Part shown: positions 1 to 9,063 of the stretch, one piece after another
How the letters are laid out: every line of letters begins with the position of its first letter
Numbering within the stretch: the first letter of the stretch is position 1
NCBI GenBank assembly: GCA_963705375.1
Contig: OY970071.1
Coordinates: 690,001 to 722,000, forward strand
Length of the DNA stretch: 32,000 nucleotides
Origin: Candidatus Saccharimonadota bacterium
GTDB taxonomy: Archaea > Micrarchaeota > Micrarchaeia > Micrarchaeales > Micrarchaeaceae
Reading direction: 5' to 3'
Translations under genes and position numbers: made by a program
Notes under the pieces: model-generated
What the model was told of the DNA's origin: nothing
The model's input: the letters and a program-made list of their open reading frames with translations, nothing else
The model's database searches: none

Positions 1-477
1 GCAGCAGCCATAGAGCAACTGGAAATCCATGCGAAGAAGATAGGCGTTTCGATAGTAAAAAGCAAGTACGGCGCAGATCCGGCAAGCGTCGCGTTCGATG
101 CGATAGCACACGCGAAATCCAATGGAGTGCAGCTTGTTCTAATAGACAGTGCTGGAAGGCAAGAAACCAACAAGAGCCTGATAAAAGAAATGGAGAAGAT
201 CGTAAGGGTGTGCAAGCCGGACATCACAATATTCATAGGCGAGAGCACGGCAGGTAACGTGATCTCTGAACAGATAAGCGAATTCGGCAAGTACATACAC
301 ATAGATGGCATAATACTGACGAAGCTAGATTGCGATGCGAAAGGCGGAAGCGCGCTGTCCATCGCAAAAATGACAGGCATTCCAATCCTGTTCTTCGGAA
401 TCGGAGAGGGCTATGATGCGCTCATACCGTACAGCAGCGAGTTCGTGGTGAACGCGATACTCCCGCAGGGCGGATGA
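1..477 (+). CDS. ftsY: SRP receptor FtsY, C-terminal GTPase part (5' end lies upstream of the window)
   Basis: Frame 1 is open from base 1 (AAAIEQLEIHAKKIGV...) and runs into ORF 127..477. SRP-GTPase motifs DSAGR, TKLDCDAKGG and IPILFFGIGEGYDAL are present. TGA stop at 475-477. Confidence 0.9.
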   Translation, partial: AAAIEQLEIHAKKIGVSIVKSKYGADPASVAFDAIAHAKSNGVQLVLIDSAGRQETNKSLIKEMEKIVRVCKPDITIFIGESTAGNVISEQISEFGKYIHIDGIILTKLDCDAKGGSALSIAKMTGIPILFFGIGEGYDALIPYSSEFVVNAILPQGG

Positions 478-479
478 CA

Positions 480-610
480 TATTGTCGTGGTCAAACTTTC
501 TACTGTGCATTTGGAATGTTTTGTTTTGGACTATTTAAGAAAAGCGCTCATCGGCAAGACGGTTTACTTTAGGGCATTGAAATCAAAGTGATCGACTTTT
601 GTCCCAAACG
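480..610. mobile_element. Relic of the right end of the IS that is intact at 15962-17246 (small-ORF remnant plus terminal inverted repeat)
   Basis: 550-610 aligns by eye with the last ~85 nt of the intact IS: GGCAAGACGGTTTAC vs GGAAGACGGGTTTAT, then GACTTTTGTCCCAAACG vs GACTTTTGTCCCAGAGT. The frame ending at 597 reads ...LRKALIGKTVYFRALKSK*, resembling ...PRRYIGRRVYVVITKNKR of the IS small ORF. The element interior would lie to the left, where ftsY now ends. Confidence 0.5.
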
Positions 611-675
611 CACAACCAAAAGAGCGTATAAATAGCTCTTGGATGATATTTATTGTGCTTTTAAAAGGTGACACA

Positions 676-1386
676 ATGGTGAATGCAAATAGGCAAATTT
701 CTGAAGAGACAAAAGCAATAATTCTAGAAGCCATCTGGAATGGTGCGCTTTCGGACTCTGCCCGTGAAATACTGCTCAAGTATGAGCACCTTGTGACTGC
801 CAACGGGCACATAAACCAGAGAGTTGCCATGGCATGCAATCCAAAGGCAGTTGACATGGTCACTGATTCAATAGGACACTGGGCACTTAACGGGTTGATA
901 AACGCTTCAGAGATAATTAGCTGCATACCTAGACTCGAACGGCTAAGGCGCTATGGAATAATAGATGACACTACTGATTCTATAATAAAAGAACGTGCAG
1001 TTGTGCAACTTAAGGATATCGCTTCGAATATGAATAATGTACCGCATAGGGATCTAGTTTTGGATATGTCTGAGAAGTTTAATTTTCTACTCAGTTTTTC
1101 TATTGTAGCCGAGGGCTTTCACATAGGTAGAAACGGTCTTTCGTTACCTGCAGCAGGTTCGTTGATGCCTATGCTGATTGACATGGTCGCGACGCTTGAA
1201 TCACACGAACCACAGAGAGCAGAGTATCGTGGGACTGTTGCGATGTTTGTCTCTGTAGTAATGCCAACGGATTCCGACGTGATGATGCTCCGTACTGCGC
1301 TTGATAACAAAGGGTTGCAGAAGGCTCGCATAGACCAGATATGTATCGAACTTGGCTTGCAGACTGGTCATGTTGCGCCGGCATAG
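676..1386 (+). CDS. Hypothetical protein, no family recognised
   Basis: ORF track gives 643..1386. I prefer ATG 676 because AGGTGA (665-670) sits 5 nt upstream and a TATA-like GTATAAATAG lies at 625-634. Long clean ORF ending in TAG, mostly helical-looking sequence. Confidence 0.6.
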   Translation: MVNANRQISEETKAIILEAIWNGALSDSAREILLKYEHLVTANGHINQRVAMACNPKAVDMVTDSIGHWALNGLINASEIISCIPRLERLRRYGIIDDTTDSIIKERAVVQLKDIASNMNNVPHRDLVLDMSEKFNFLLSFSIVAEGFHIGRNGLSLPAAGSLMPMLIDMVATLESHEPQRAEYRGTVAMFVSVVMPTDSDVMMLRTALDNKGLQKARIDQICIELGLQTGHVAPA

Positions 1387-1509
1387 GATCTTCTATCGTT
1401 TCGCCAGCAAGCGAGAACCGATTGTCGCGCGCCACGCGAACGCTCCTGCAGCCCCATGCTCTTTCAAAGTCTAGCGTCAATACGCTTGCGTACAATCATG
1501 TGCAATTCG

Positions 1510-1557
1510 GCTCTGGGACAAAAGCCAACCATAACTCGTTCTGAAAAGGTTGTACAG
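1510..1557. mobile_element. Relic of the left end of the same IS (inverted repeat plus ~30 nt of interior)
   Basis: GCTCTGGGACAAAAGCCAACCATAACTCGTTCTGAAAAGGTTGT matches 15962-16005 (GCTTTGGGACAAAAGTCAACCACAACCCATTCTGAAAAGGTTGT) with a few mismatches. Similarity stops about 20 nt before the top6A stop. Confidence 0.65.
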
Positions 1558-1579
1558 TAATTTGATGTAGATTGAGGCA

Positions 1580-2707
1580 TCAAGGCATGAATTCCTTGTT
1601 CTTTATCTTGTCCTTGATGTAGTCGTCGACAAACGTAAGCCGGGGGCCCTGCAGCGCATCCTGCTCCAGCTTCGTCTTTGTCTTTATGACCTTGTTGAGC
1701 TCCTCGACCCACTTGGCGTGCTTGTTTATCCAGGAATATTCGAGCATCTCTTGCGCACGCTTTAGGTCGACGTCAGTGGCTTTCATTGTAAGATCCTTTA
1801 GGAAGCTGTAATGCTCGATATCAGACATCGTCACGCCGATGAATCTGGACTCCGGGGTCGCTATAGACTTGCCCATGTACGCCAGATTGATGCTTCCGGT
1901 CTTTATAGTCCAGTAGATGTACCACCCCCAAGCATCAGCATCGTTGAAGACATATACTGGCAGATCCGCGTCTGCAAGCTTCCTTATGAGACGCCTTGTG
2001 CCCCTTGATGCCTGCCCTTGCGGAGATATCAGTATGCAGTTCTCCTTTTTCCAGAAGCCGTCCTGATTAAGGAGCTGCCAAACCGCGTCCTTCTCCACAA
2101 CAAGCACATACTTGGCTTTCACATCTGCAAACTCTATGTCATTGTCAACGTCGCTAGGTATGCCCCAGCCACTTCTTCCGTTCTTGCTCAGGTCAAGCTC
2201 GTTGGTCTCTCCGCCAAACTTGTCGATCACTTTCATGTTGCCTGCCGCGCAGCCCTTTCTGTTGGCGTTGAGGTTTAGATCCTCACGCTTCAGGTTCAGC
2301 GCGACCTCAAGGTCTTCTATCAGAGGGTTAGATTCTGCCTGCTCGTTGAATATGTTCTCGTCTATGTCTTCGCCGAGAGAGTACTTGAGCTGGTAGAACA
2401 GTCCCCTTATCGAGGTGCTAAGGTTCTCGCGCACGAACTTGTGGCATTTTGCAGCTATAGCAATCGTCTGCATGAAGCGCTTGCTCTGCGCGACGTTCAG
2501 GAAGTTGCGCTCTTCGGATGCACCTCCGAGCGCGAGGTAGCCGTTTTTATCATTATATATGATGTTAGATCTTGTCCTTGCGAGCGTCACGAACTTCGGG
2601 TTCCTGCTCGCCTCGAGATCCTGGACTATGTCATTGCCGAACTTCTCAAGGATTGCCTTGGAGTCCTTGCTTTGCTTCGGAGGCTTTGGATCGGAAGTCA
2701 TGATCAC
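1580..2707 (-). CDS. top6A: DNA topoisomerase VI subunit A (Spo11-like)
   Basis: 375 aa. TopoVI-A/Spo11 features: IRGLFYQLKY (catalytic Tyr region), YVLVVEKDAVWQLL and LPVYVFNDADAWGWYIY (Toprim acidic cluster). Track start 2705-2707 is GTG; ATG at 2699-2701 is an alternative. Confidence 0.93.
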   Translation of the reverse strand: MIMTSDPKPPKQSKDSKAILEKFGNDIVQDLEASRNPKFVTLARTRSNIIYNDKNGYLALGGASEERNFLNVAQSKRFMQTIAIAAKCHKFVRENLSTSIRGLFYQLKYSLGEDIDENIFNEQAESNPLIEDLEVALNLKREDLNLNANRKGCAAGNMKVIDKFGGETNELDLSKNGRSGWGIPSDVDNDIEFADVKAKYVLVVEKDAVWQLLNQDGFWKKENCILISPQGQASRGTRRLIRKLADADLPVYVFNDADAWGWYIYWTIKTGSINLAYMGKSIATPESRFIGVTMSDIEHYSFLKDLTMKATDVDLKRAQEMLEYSWINKHAKWVEELNKVIKTKTKLEQDALQGPRLTFVDDYIKDKIKNKEFMP

Positions 2708-2728
2708 ACACCAGACTTCTTGTTAAGC

Positions 2729-4639
2729 TCACCGATCAGCTCCTGCTTGCGCTTGCTCGGCTTTAGCGAGTATTCGAGCACCTGCGCCAGCGTGCTTGCA
2801 GGGATGAGCTTTATGCTTCTTGAGCATGTCCTTGTTCAGATACACATCATCAAGGTTGCTTTTCGGCACTATGACAGTCTTAAGGCCTGCATTTATCGCA
2901 GCTTCGACCTTCTGGGTCACACCGCCAACAGGAAGCACCTCGCCGCGCACGGACAGCGAGCCGGTCATGGCAAGCGACTGATCCACAGGTATACCTTCCA
3001 TGGCAGAGATTATGCTTATTGCGACGGCCATGCTTGCGCTGTCGCCCTCGACACCCTCATAGGTCTGCAGGAACTGCACATGCATGTCAAAGTTAGAGAC
3101 GTCGCTGCCCATGTGCTTCTTTATTATCGCGCTGACGTTCTTCACTGCTTCGTTGGCTATCTTGCCCAGACGTCCTGTTGCTATGAACTTGCCCTCGGCT
3201 CTGGAGCCAGCAGGAGTCACCTCTGCCACTATAGGCATGATTATTCCAGAGGACAGCAAGTCTGAAGAGCCCATCACGGCAAGGCCGTTCACTTTGCCTA
3301 TGCTGAAGCCCCTGGTCTCGAAAACGCGATAGTCCTTGCTGAAGTCTATGTACTGCGATACTGCCTGCGACTCTATGGGCTTTGCGAGCGCCTTGGCGCC
3401 AAGCACTTCTTCTTTCGTAACAACCTTCTTGCCGCGCTCTATCGCAAGGTCTCCAGCAGCCCTTACGAGACCGCCAAGATCCCTCAGTATTAGCGTAAGC
3501 TTTCTTTTCCTGCCTGCACGACGCCTCGCCTCCTCTATCACTTCGTCAACTGCACTCTTGTCAAAGTGCGGTATTTTGCCGTCCTTGTGGACCTCTTGCG
3601 CGATGAACCTTGTAAGTACGTCCCTGTTAGAGGCGTTGTCGTCCATTGTCGATTCCATATAAACTTCATAGCCGTAGCCGCGTATCCTGGATCGCAACGC
3701 AGGCCGCATATTCTCTATGTCCTGCAGGTTTCCTGCCGCGACAAGTATGAAATCACAAGGTACGGGCTCTGTCTTTACCAGCGCCCCGGAACTCATTTCG
3801 CTCTGGCCGGTTATCGAATATTTCTTTTCCTGCATGGAAGTAAGAAGCTCCTGCTGTGACTTCGGATCGAGGCTTGAGACCTCGTCAATGAAGAGCACTC
3901 CTTTGTTCGCTTTCTGTATTGCTCCGCTCTCTACACGCAGATGCGCAGGAGTGCCCATACCTCCGCTTTGCAAAGGATCATGCCTGATATCGCCAAATAG
4001 AGCACCTGCCTTTGTTCCGGTGGCATCGATGAATGGCGCGTGCGTCGAGCCTGTGTTGTCGACTATCAGCTTGGGTTCGTTCGACTCGAACATGCCAGGC
4101 AGGCCCACCCTGCGGACAAAGCTGCTCATGAACAAAAGCACAGACCCAAATATCATAATTCCTAGCATGAGCGCTGCAAGCACCACAAGCTCATAGCCCT
4201 TTATGTAGCCGGTGAGCGATATGCCGAAAAGCACTATGACGAGCACGATTACGACAGGCGCAACAATGGAGTTGTTCTTGCCGAGCATGGCCCGCGCCTT
4301 CATGCGCTCCTTCTGCAATATGAGCCGGCCTTGACCGTCGCCAAGCTTCTCTCCGTGTGCAGGATTAGGGTATGTCTTGACTGCATTCACGAGCGGCTGA
4401 TTCTCATCGTTCTGGTTTCTGTAGACTAGAATGTCTTCCAGTTCAGTCGGGGGCAGCATCTCAGCCATCGCCTGAGCCAGCATAGTCTTGCCTGTGCCTG
4501 GCGAACCTACAAGAAGCACGTTTCGCCTTTGCTTCGCTGCCTTTTTGATTATCTCGGTCGCGTTCTTCTGCCCTATGACCTGGTCTATCAGGTTTGTAGG
4601 GATCTTTATGTCTGCGGTCGTCTTGAACCTAAGGGGCAT
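2729..4639 (-). CDS. lonB: Archaeal membrane-bound Lon protease (LonB); C-terminal ~30 codons appear frame-shifted, and the conserved end continues in another frame to 2704
   Basis: Walker A GSPGTGKT and Walker B VLFIDE. Two hydrophobic helices are inserted in the AAA+ domain ([40 protein letters not shown]). Protease Ser in [18 protein letters not shown] and Lys in [15 protein letters not shown]-like TTTTTATATC on the minus strand ~25 nt upstream of ATG 4639. Confidence 0.93.
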   Translation of the reverse strand: MPLRFKTTADIKIPTNLIDQVIGQKNATEIIKKAAKQRRNVLLVGSPGTGKTMLAQAMAEMLPPTELEDILVYRNQNDENQPLVNAVKTYPNPAHGEKLGDGQGRLILQKERMKARAMLGKNNSIVAPVVIVLVIVLFGISLTGYIKGYELVVLAALMLGIMIFGSVLLFMSSFVRRVGLPGMFESNEPKLIVDNTGSTHAPFIDATGTKAGALFGDIRHDPLQSGGMGTPAHLRVESGAIQKANKGVLFIDEVSSLDPKSQQELLTSMQEKKYSITGQSEMSSGALVKTEPVPCDFILVAAGNLQDIENMRPALRSRIRGYGYEVYMESTMDDNASNRDVLTRFIAQEVHKDGKIPHFDKSAVDEVIEEARRRAGRKRKLTLILRDLGGLVRAAGDLAIERGKKVVTKEEVLGAKALAKPIESQAVSQYIDFSKDYRVFETRGFSIGKVNGLAVMGSSDLLSSGIIMPIVAEVTPAGSRAEGKFIATGRLGKIANEAVKNVSAIIKKHMGSDVSNFDMHVQFLQTYEGVEGDSASMAVAISIISAMEGIPVDQSLAMTGSLSVRGEVLPVGGVTQKVEAAINAGLKTVIVPKSNLDDVYLNKDMLKKHKAHPCKHAGAGARILAKAEQAQAGADR

Positions 4640-4770
4640 ATCTTCATAGACATTCCGCCATTAGGATATAAAAATCCAACTGGACAAACCGGGCACTTGC
4701 TTATTGCCCGTAAAAACCAAAGGTTTTAAACCTTGAAGCTCCAAACAATTAACACAGCATAACGGTGAGC

Positions 4771-4778
4771 TTATAAAA
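4771..4778 (+). promoter_or_regulatory. TATA box (TTATAAAA) positioned for a leaderless uL29 transcript
   Basis: An archaeal TATA consensus-like octamer is centred ~23 nt upstream of ATG 4797. Confidence 0.4.
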
Positions 4779-4796
4779 ATAAAAGACATAAACGGC

Positions 4797-4970
4797 ATGC
4801 CTGACGACGCTCTTGCCAGCACGCGCGACCAGCTTGTTCTCGAGTTGAACATAGAGAAGAGCAAGACAGCGTCTACTGGAGTTCAGAGCAAGATAGTGAA
4901 GATACGGGAGATCCGAAGGACAATAGCAAGAATAAACACGATACTCAAAAAGAGAGGTGCCAAGAGTTAA
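4797..4970 (+). CDS. rpl29: Ribosomal protein uL29 (short form, 57 aa)
   Basis: Below the track's 60-aa cut-off. It translates to MPDDALASTRDQLVLELNIEKSKTASTGVQSKIVKIREIRRTIARINTILKKRGAKS. The IREIRRTIARI.T.L signature is typical of uL29. TAA 4968-4970 abuts the next ATG (TAAATG). Confidence 0.6.
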   Translation: MPDDALASTRDQLVLELNIEKSKTASTGVQSKIVKIREIRRTIARINTILKKRGAKS

Positions 4971-5276
4971 ATGCCGGACATTTGCCCTAACTGCGGTCTT
5001 CCATTAGAGATTTGCGTATGCAACGTACTGGAGAGGGAAACCGAAACTAAGATAAGGGTCTATACCAAGAAGGCCAAGTTTGACAAGTTCGTCACAGTGG
5101 TTGAGGGAATAGGCCAGGACGAACTGGAAAAGACAACGAAGAACCTGAAGCGTATCCTTGCGTGCGGAGGCACGTCCAAACACAACATAATAGAGCTGCA
5201 AGGCGAGCACAAGCTTGCGACCAAGAAGGCGCTGATAAGCATAGGCTACAAGGAATCTAGCATAGATGCAGCGTAG
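4971..5276 (+). CDS. Translation initiation factor SUI1 (aIF1)
   Basis: 101 aa. N-terminal Cys cluster CPNCGLPLEICVC, then the SUI1 fold pattern IRVYTKKAKFDKFVTVVEGI...LKRILACGGTSK...IELQGEH. Confidence 0.9.
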   Translation: MPDICPNCGLPLEICVCNVLERETETKIRVYTKKAKFDKFVTVVEGIGQDELEKTTKNLKRILACGGTSKHNIIELQGEHKLATKKALISIGYKESSIDAA

Positions 5277-5284
5277 GCGTTTGA

Positions 5285-6265
5285 ATGCCCGTCCTCGGGA
5301 TAGAGAGCAGCGCACACACATTGGGAATAGGCATAGTGGACAACGGTCGCATCCTGACAAACGAGAAACGCATGTACAAGATAGGCAACAAGGGAATCTT
5401 GCCCATGCGCGCTGCCGACCTGCACATCAAGAACATGCATCCTGCGCTCGTAAAGGCCCTCAGAACTGCAGGGCTAGGCATGCACGACATAGAAGCGGTG
5501 GGCTACACAAAAGGACCTGGCCTTGGTCCCTGCCTTGAAGTTGGCATGCTTGCCGCAAGGAGCATAGCGCTGCGTTATGGAATACCAATATTCCACGTGA
5601 ACCATGCTGTTGCGCACATAGAGATAACGAGCCACATGTGCAAAGCAGAAGATCCTTTAGTGCTTTATGTCAGCGGCGGAAATTCCCAGATACTTGCCAT
5701 AGTTCAAGACCCGAAGAAACATTACCACGTTTATGGCGAGACGTTCGACATAGGCGTAGGGAACATGCTTGACAGCTTCGCAAGGAAGGCAGGCTTCAGG
5801 AAAGCGTGGGGGTCAGAGGTTGCAAGCGCCGCGCAGGGCGGCACCTACATCAGCATGCCATACACGGTCAAAGGCATGGATTTCGCGTTCGCAGGACTTA
5901 TGACGAATGCGGTGAAGATGCTCGAAAACCATAAGTTGAGAGATGTCGCGTACTCGTTGCAGGAAACTGCTTTCTCGATGCTGTGCGAAGCGACAGAAAG
6001 GGCTCTGTTGCTAACCGGAAAGAGAACACTAATAGTGTGTGGAGGTGTCGCACAGAGCATGAGGCTGCAGGAGATGCTAAAGCTTGTTGCGGCCGAACAC
6101 AAGACACGATTCGGTGTCGCACCGAACGAGTTCAATTCTGACAACGGCGCAATGGTAGCTCTTGTGGCCGAAAAGATTCTGCGTTCTGGAGTCAAGCACA
6201 GGATGGAGGACTGCGGAGTAAATCAGAAATACCGCGTAGACAAGGTAGCACTGGAGTGGAAATGA
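5285..6265 (+). CDS. kae1: tRNA t6A threonylcarbamoyltransferase Kae1 (KEOPS catalytic subunit)
   Basis: 326 aa. Kae1/TsaD motifs GIESSAHTLGIG, HVNHAVAHIE (metal-binding His pair), LYVSGGNSQ, DIGVGNMLD and VCGGVAQS. Confidence 0.93.
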   Translation: MPVLGIESSAHTLGIGIVDNGRILTNEKRMYKIGNKGILPMRAADLHIKNMHPALVKALRTAGLGMHDIEAVGYTKGPGLGPCLEVGMLAARSIALRYGIPIFHVNHAVAHIEITSHMCKAEDPLVLYVSGGNSQILAIVQDPKKHYHVYGETFDIGVGNMLDSFARKAGFRKAWGSEVASAAQGGTYISMPYTVKGMDFAFAGLMTNAVKMLENHKLRDVAYSLQETAFSMLCEATERALLLTGKRTLIVCGGVAQSMRLQEMLKLVAAEHKTRFGVAPNEFNSDNGAMVALVAEKILRSGVKHRMEDCGVNQKYRVDKVALEWK

Positions 6266-6879
6266 TGGAGTTGATAGCAGAAGGCGCAGAGGCGAAAATA
6301 TACGCAACTGAGCTTCTTGGAAAAGAGGCCGTTGTCAAAAGGCGCATTCCGAAAGAGTATAGGGTAAAGCCGCTTGATGACGCATTGAGAGGGCAACGGA
6401 CCAAGACAGAAGCCAGGGCGCTTGCGCTCGCATCGAATGCCGGAGTTAAGACGCCTGCATTGCTGCTTGTTGACGGTTTCGATATATACATGAGTCGCGT
6501 TCAAGGAATAAACCTCAGCAAAGTGCTCGAACAGGGCAAGAGCAATAGGGAGCTCGCAAAGATACTTGCCGATGTTGGAAAGTACTTGGGGCTTATGCAC
6601 GCTGCAGGCATTGCGCATGGAGACTACACGCCCGCAAACATAATGGTGAATGGAAGTGAAGCTCGTGTTATCGACTTTGGTCTTGCAAACACTTCTGCCT
6701 CTGTCGAGGAAAAGGCGCTGGACATTTTGCTTATCAAACGCTCATTGCCTAGCACTGCCTTCTCAAGTTTCATGGAAGGCTACAGCAGCACATACGCAGA
6801 TAGCAAAAGAACCGTAGGCAGACTGAATTCCATAGAGAGGCGCGGCAGATACCAGACAAGAACCCTGACTGCCACATAA
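6256..6879 (+). CDS. bud32: Bud32-type small protein kinase (KEOPS subunit), a separate gene overlapping the kae1 stop
   Basis: LIAEGAEAKIY, VVKRR, catalytic loop HGDYTPANIMV and VIDFGLA. Track start 6256 is GTG; ATG at 6262 or 6265 is equally plausible. Confidence 0.85.
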   Translation: MEMMELIAEGAEAKIYATELLGKEAVVKRRIPKEYRVKPLDDALRGQRTKTEARALALASNAGVKTPALLLVDGFDIYMSRVQGINLSKVLEQGKSNRELAKILADVGKYLGLMHAAGIAHGDYTPANIMVNGSEARVIDFGLANTSASVEEKALDILLIKRSLPSTAFSSFMEGYSSTYADSKRTVGRLNSIERRGRYQTRTLTAT

Positions 6880-6911
6880 TACATTCGGTATATAATCAAA
6901 GGGTAATGCAC

Positions 6912-7247
6912 TCAATGCGCAACTATGCTTTCCTGGCTTGAAGAGCAAGAGTAGGTTTTAGAGCATATAAGGCGGTCGATCACTTTTATATAATCTATAT
7001 CTTCATAAGCAATATCTAGCAACCTGACACGTCCAGTGCCTCTAAAATGAGCATCAATTTCAGCCCGCTCCAAAACCATACGGTCGGGTAGTATATCCTG
7101 CAATCGGGACTGAATAGTGAATTCGCCGTTGTTTTTATGGAATCTGACTTCGAGAGTATTATTCACATAAGCCCTAAGGCGTTCCATCATTTCAGCAGTA
7201 CCTGTTACAGTCGTTGCAGCCATATCATCCACACGTACAGTACACAA
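6912..7247 (-). CDS. Hypothetical small protein, possibly with an Sm-like beta-barrel core
   Basis: Track start is TTG; ATG at 7223 (MAATTVTG...) is more likely. LEVRFHKNNGEFTIQSRLQDILPDRMVLERAEI...GRVRLLDIAYEDIDYIKV loosely follows the Sm1/Sm2 pattern. It lies 10 nt downstream of ORF 7258..7992. Confidence 0.5.
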   Translation of the reverse strand: MCTVRVDDMAATTVTGTAEMMERLRAYVNNTLEVRFHKNNGEFTIQSRLQDILPDRMVLERAEIDAHFRGTGRVRLLDIAYEDIDYIKVIDRLICSKTYSCSSSQESIVAH

Positions 7248-7257
7248 GTCCAGATAG

Positions 7258-7992
7258 CTAATTTCTGCCAGGACTGATCACTTGGAAGCTGCCCTCAGGA
7301 TAACACCAAATAAAAGGCTTTTTTGAAGCAGCTGGCACACTTTCTTCCTGCCTTAAAAGGCCCTGTTCGTTTAAGACCGACCAGGCAGTTTGTATCGCAG
7401 ATATTAACGCTGGGCTCCTTATTATATAAAGATGATCCTCTGCATGTAAATTTGGCGCGTAATCAAGCACATTACGCAAATGCGCTCTCAGCCAATTCAA
7501 ATCACAGTTTAACAATTTAATATCGTCTAGGAGACAAGCATCCCGTGCGGCCGCCCAGTAAGTATCGACTTTTTCAAAGTTTTCCAACATCCGAATCATA
7601 GTCGTGTAGTTCTCCGTACGCACGATTGCGTTGATATTATCCAAGTGTCTTTCAATAGCAGCAACATCAGAAAGCACTCCATGAGATATGCAGTCATTCA
7701 TTGCATGGAGTTCACGCGGATATAATTCTGAATTCACACCTTTCAGGCATTCGAACACGGCAAGCAGCTGCTTGACAGTTTCGCAGGCACACCCGATGCT
7801 TTTGAAGGTGGACACGTCTGGTGCGCAATTAACTTTGACCGCAGAAAGCAGTTCGTAGACTTTGTCCAGCCTTGTCGCCACATCGACGACACCTGGCGCT
7901 TCTTGCCTATCAAGAGTACTGACTAACATGTAATCAAAGTTATGGTTTAATTGAGGAGATATATATAACTTCCGATTAGCCATACGAAACAT
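7258..7992 (-). CDS. Hypothetical protein (244 aa, helical, Cys-rich), no family recognised
   Basis: Clean ORF. ATG 7990-7992 lies ~25 nt from a minus-strand TATA (AAATATAC, + coordinates ~8017-8026) in a 38-bp divergent promoter region shared with the epimerase gene. Confidence 0.6.
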   Translation of the reverse strand: MFRMANRKLYISPQLNHNFDYMLVSTLDRQEAPGVVDVATRLDKVYELLSAVKVNCAPDVSTFKSIGCACETVKQLLAVFECLKGVNSELYPRELHAMNDCISHGVLSDVAAIERHLDNINAIVRTENYTTMIRMLENFEKVDTYWAAARDACLLDDIKLLNCDLNWLRAHLRNVLDYAPNLHAEDHLYIIRSPALISAIQTAWSVLNEQGLLRQEESVPAASKKPFIWCYPEGSFQVISPGRN

Positions 7993-8030
7993 ATAAATAC
8001 GAGTAAATCATAATCCGATAGCGTATATTT

Positions 8031-9017
8031 ATGATGGACTCTAAAGTGCATGACATAATTCTTGTAACTGGCGCAAGTGGAAGAGTCGGGAGGCGCCTTG
8101 TTGATGCGCTTGTTGAAAGAGGTGAGCGCGTACGTGCACTTGTAATGAACTTTGATGTAGCACCCAAGAACGTCGAGGTTGTGAGAGGCAGCCTTCTAGA
8201 CAAGAGCGTTGCGATTGAGGCAGTAAAGGATGTCGACGTGATTTATCACCTTGCAGCAGTATTGGACTACAATGCCCCGAAGAGTAAGATGTTTGAAGTA
8301 AATGTAACAGGCACAAAGAACCTGGTGGAGGCAGCGCATGCCAAAAAGTTCATCTACTTGTCTTCGACAGCGGTTTATGGCTACAATACCAATTCATCAA
8401 TAACAGAATCTACGCCATTCGCACCATCCGGATTCTACGGCAAGACAAAAATGCTTGCAGAAAGACTTGTGTTGGACAAACAAGGAATAGTTGTGCGCTC
8501 GCCGGATATCTTCGGCAAGGGGTTCCAGGAGGGCTACGAGTATGTGCTCAACCAGCTTCAGAAAGGCACGATGCCAGTCATAGGCAGCGGCAACAACAGA
8601 ATACAATGGATACACATAAGCGACCTGATAGATGCGCTGCTGCTTGCAAAAGACAGGGGTAAGCCGGGCGAAGTGTATCTAGTGGCAGGGAAGGAAGCAA
8701 AACCGCAGAAAGAGCTTCTCGAGCTTCTCACAATGCACCTTGGTAAACAGCCACCTAAAAGGCATGTTCCAAGCTGCGTGGCTAGCGCGATGGCGCACTA
8801 CGAGGCGTTAACAGCAAAACTTAGAGGGTCAAAACCAAAAGTGATACCGGAGCACGTAAGCAAGATAACAAGCGATAGGGTTTTTGACATATCAAAGGCG
8901 CGGCAAGAACTGGGATTCGTGCCGCGTGTAGGGTACGAAACTGCTGCAAAAGAGATTGTTGAGGAGTACATGCAGAAAAGTGCCAAATACGAGCGCAGCC
9001 TAACAGCAAGTCAATAG
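8031..9017 (+). CDS. NAD-dependent epimerase/dehydratase (extended SDR family)
   Basis: 328 aa. Rossmann motif VTGASGRVG near the N-terminus and catalytic YxxxK in SGFYGKTKMLAE. Confidence 0.85.
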   Translation: MMDSKVHDIILVTGASGRVGRRLVDALVERGERVRALVMNFDVAPKNVEVVRGSLLDKSVAIEAVKDVDVIYHLAAVLDYNAPKSKMFEVNVTGTKNLVEAAHAKKFIYLSSTAVYGYNTNSSITESTPFAPSGFYGKTKMLAERLVLDKQGIVVRSPDIFGKGFQEGYEYVLNQLQKGTMPVIGSGNNRIQWIHISDLIDALLLAKDRGKPGEVYLVAGKEAKPQKELLELLTMHLGKQPPKRHVPSCVASAMAHYEALTAKLRGSKPKVIPEHVSKITSDRVFDISKARQELGFVPRVGYETAAKEIVEEYMQKSAKYERSLTASQ

Positions 9018-9063
9018 TATTTTATCTTTTCGCTTCCTAGCTAAAGCGCGACCGGTAATTTCA

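Noticed and set aside
2441-4196. Long + strand ORFs (2441..3265, 3717..4196 and others) opposite top6A and lonB.
   Set aside because: They are antisense shadows of strongly supported genes, and no motifs were seen.
4737-4796. Possible N-terminal extension or frameshift of uL29. The frame is open from 4737 (…GELIKIKDING-M), and GTG 4765 sits in another frame.
   Set aside because: There is no in-frame start codon. The TTATAAAA at 4771-4778 is better explained as the TATA box of a leaderless transcript beginning at ATG 4797.
6890-8030. A compositional (AT-rich) island around the unknown two-gene cassette.
   Set aside because: Hand counts of two 60-nt samples gave 45-47 percent GC, which by eye looks similar to the neighbouring coding regions, though I counted only those two samples.
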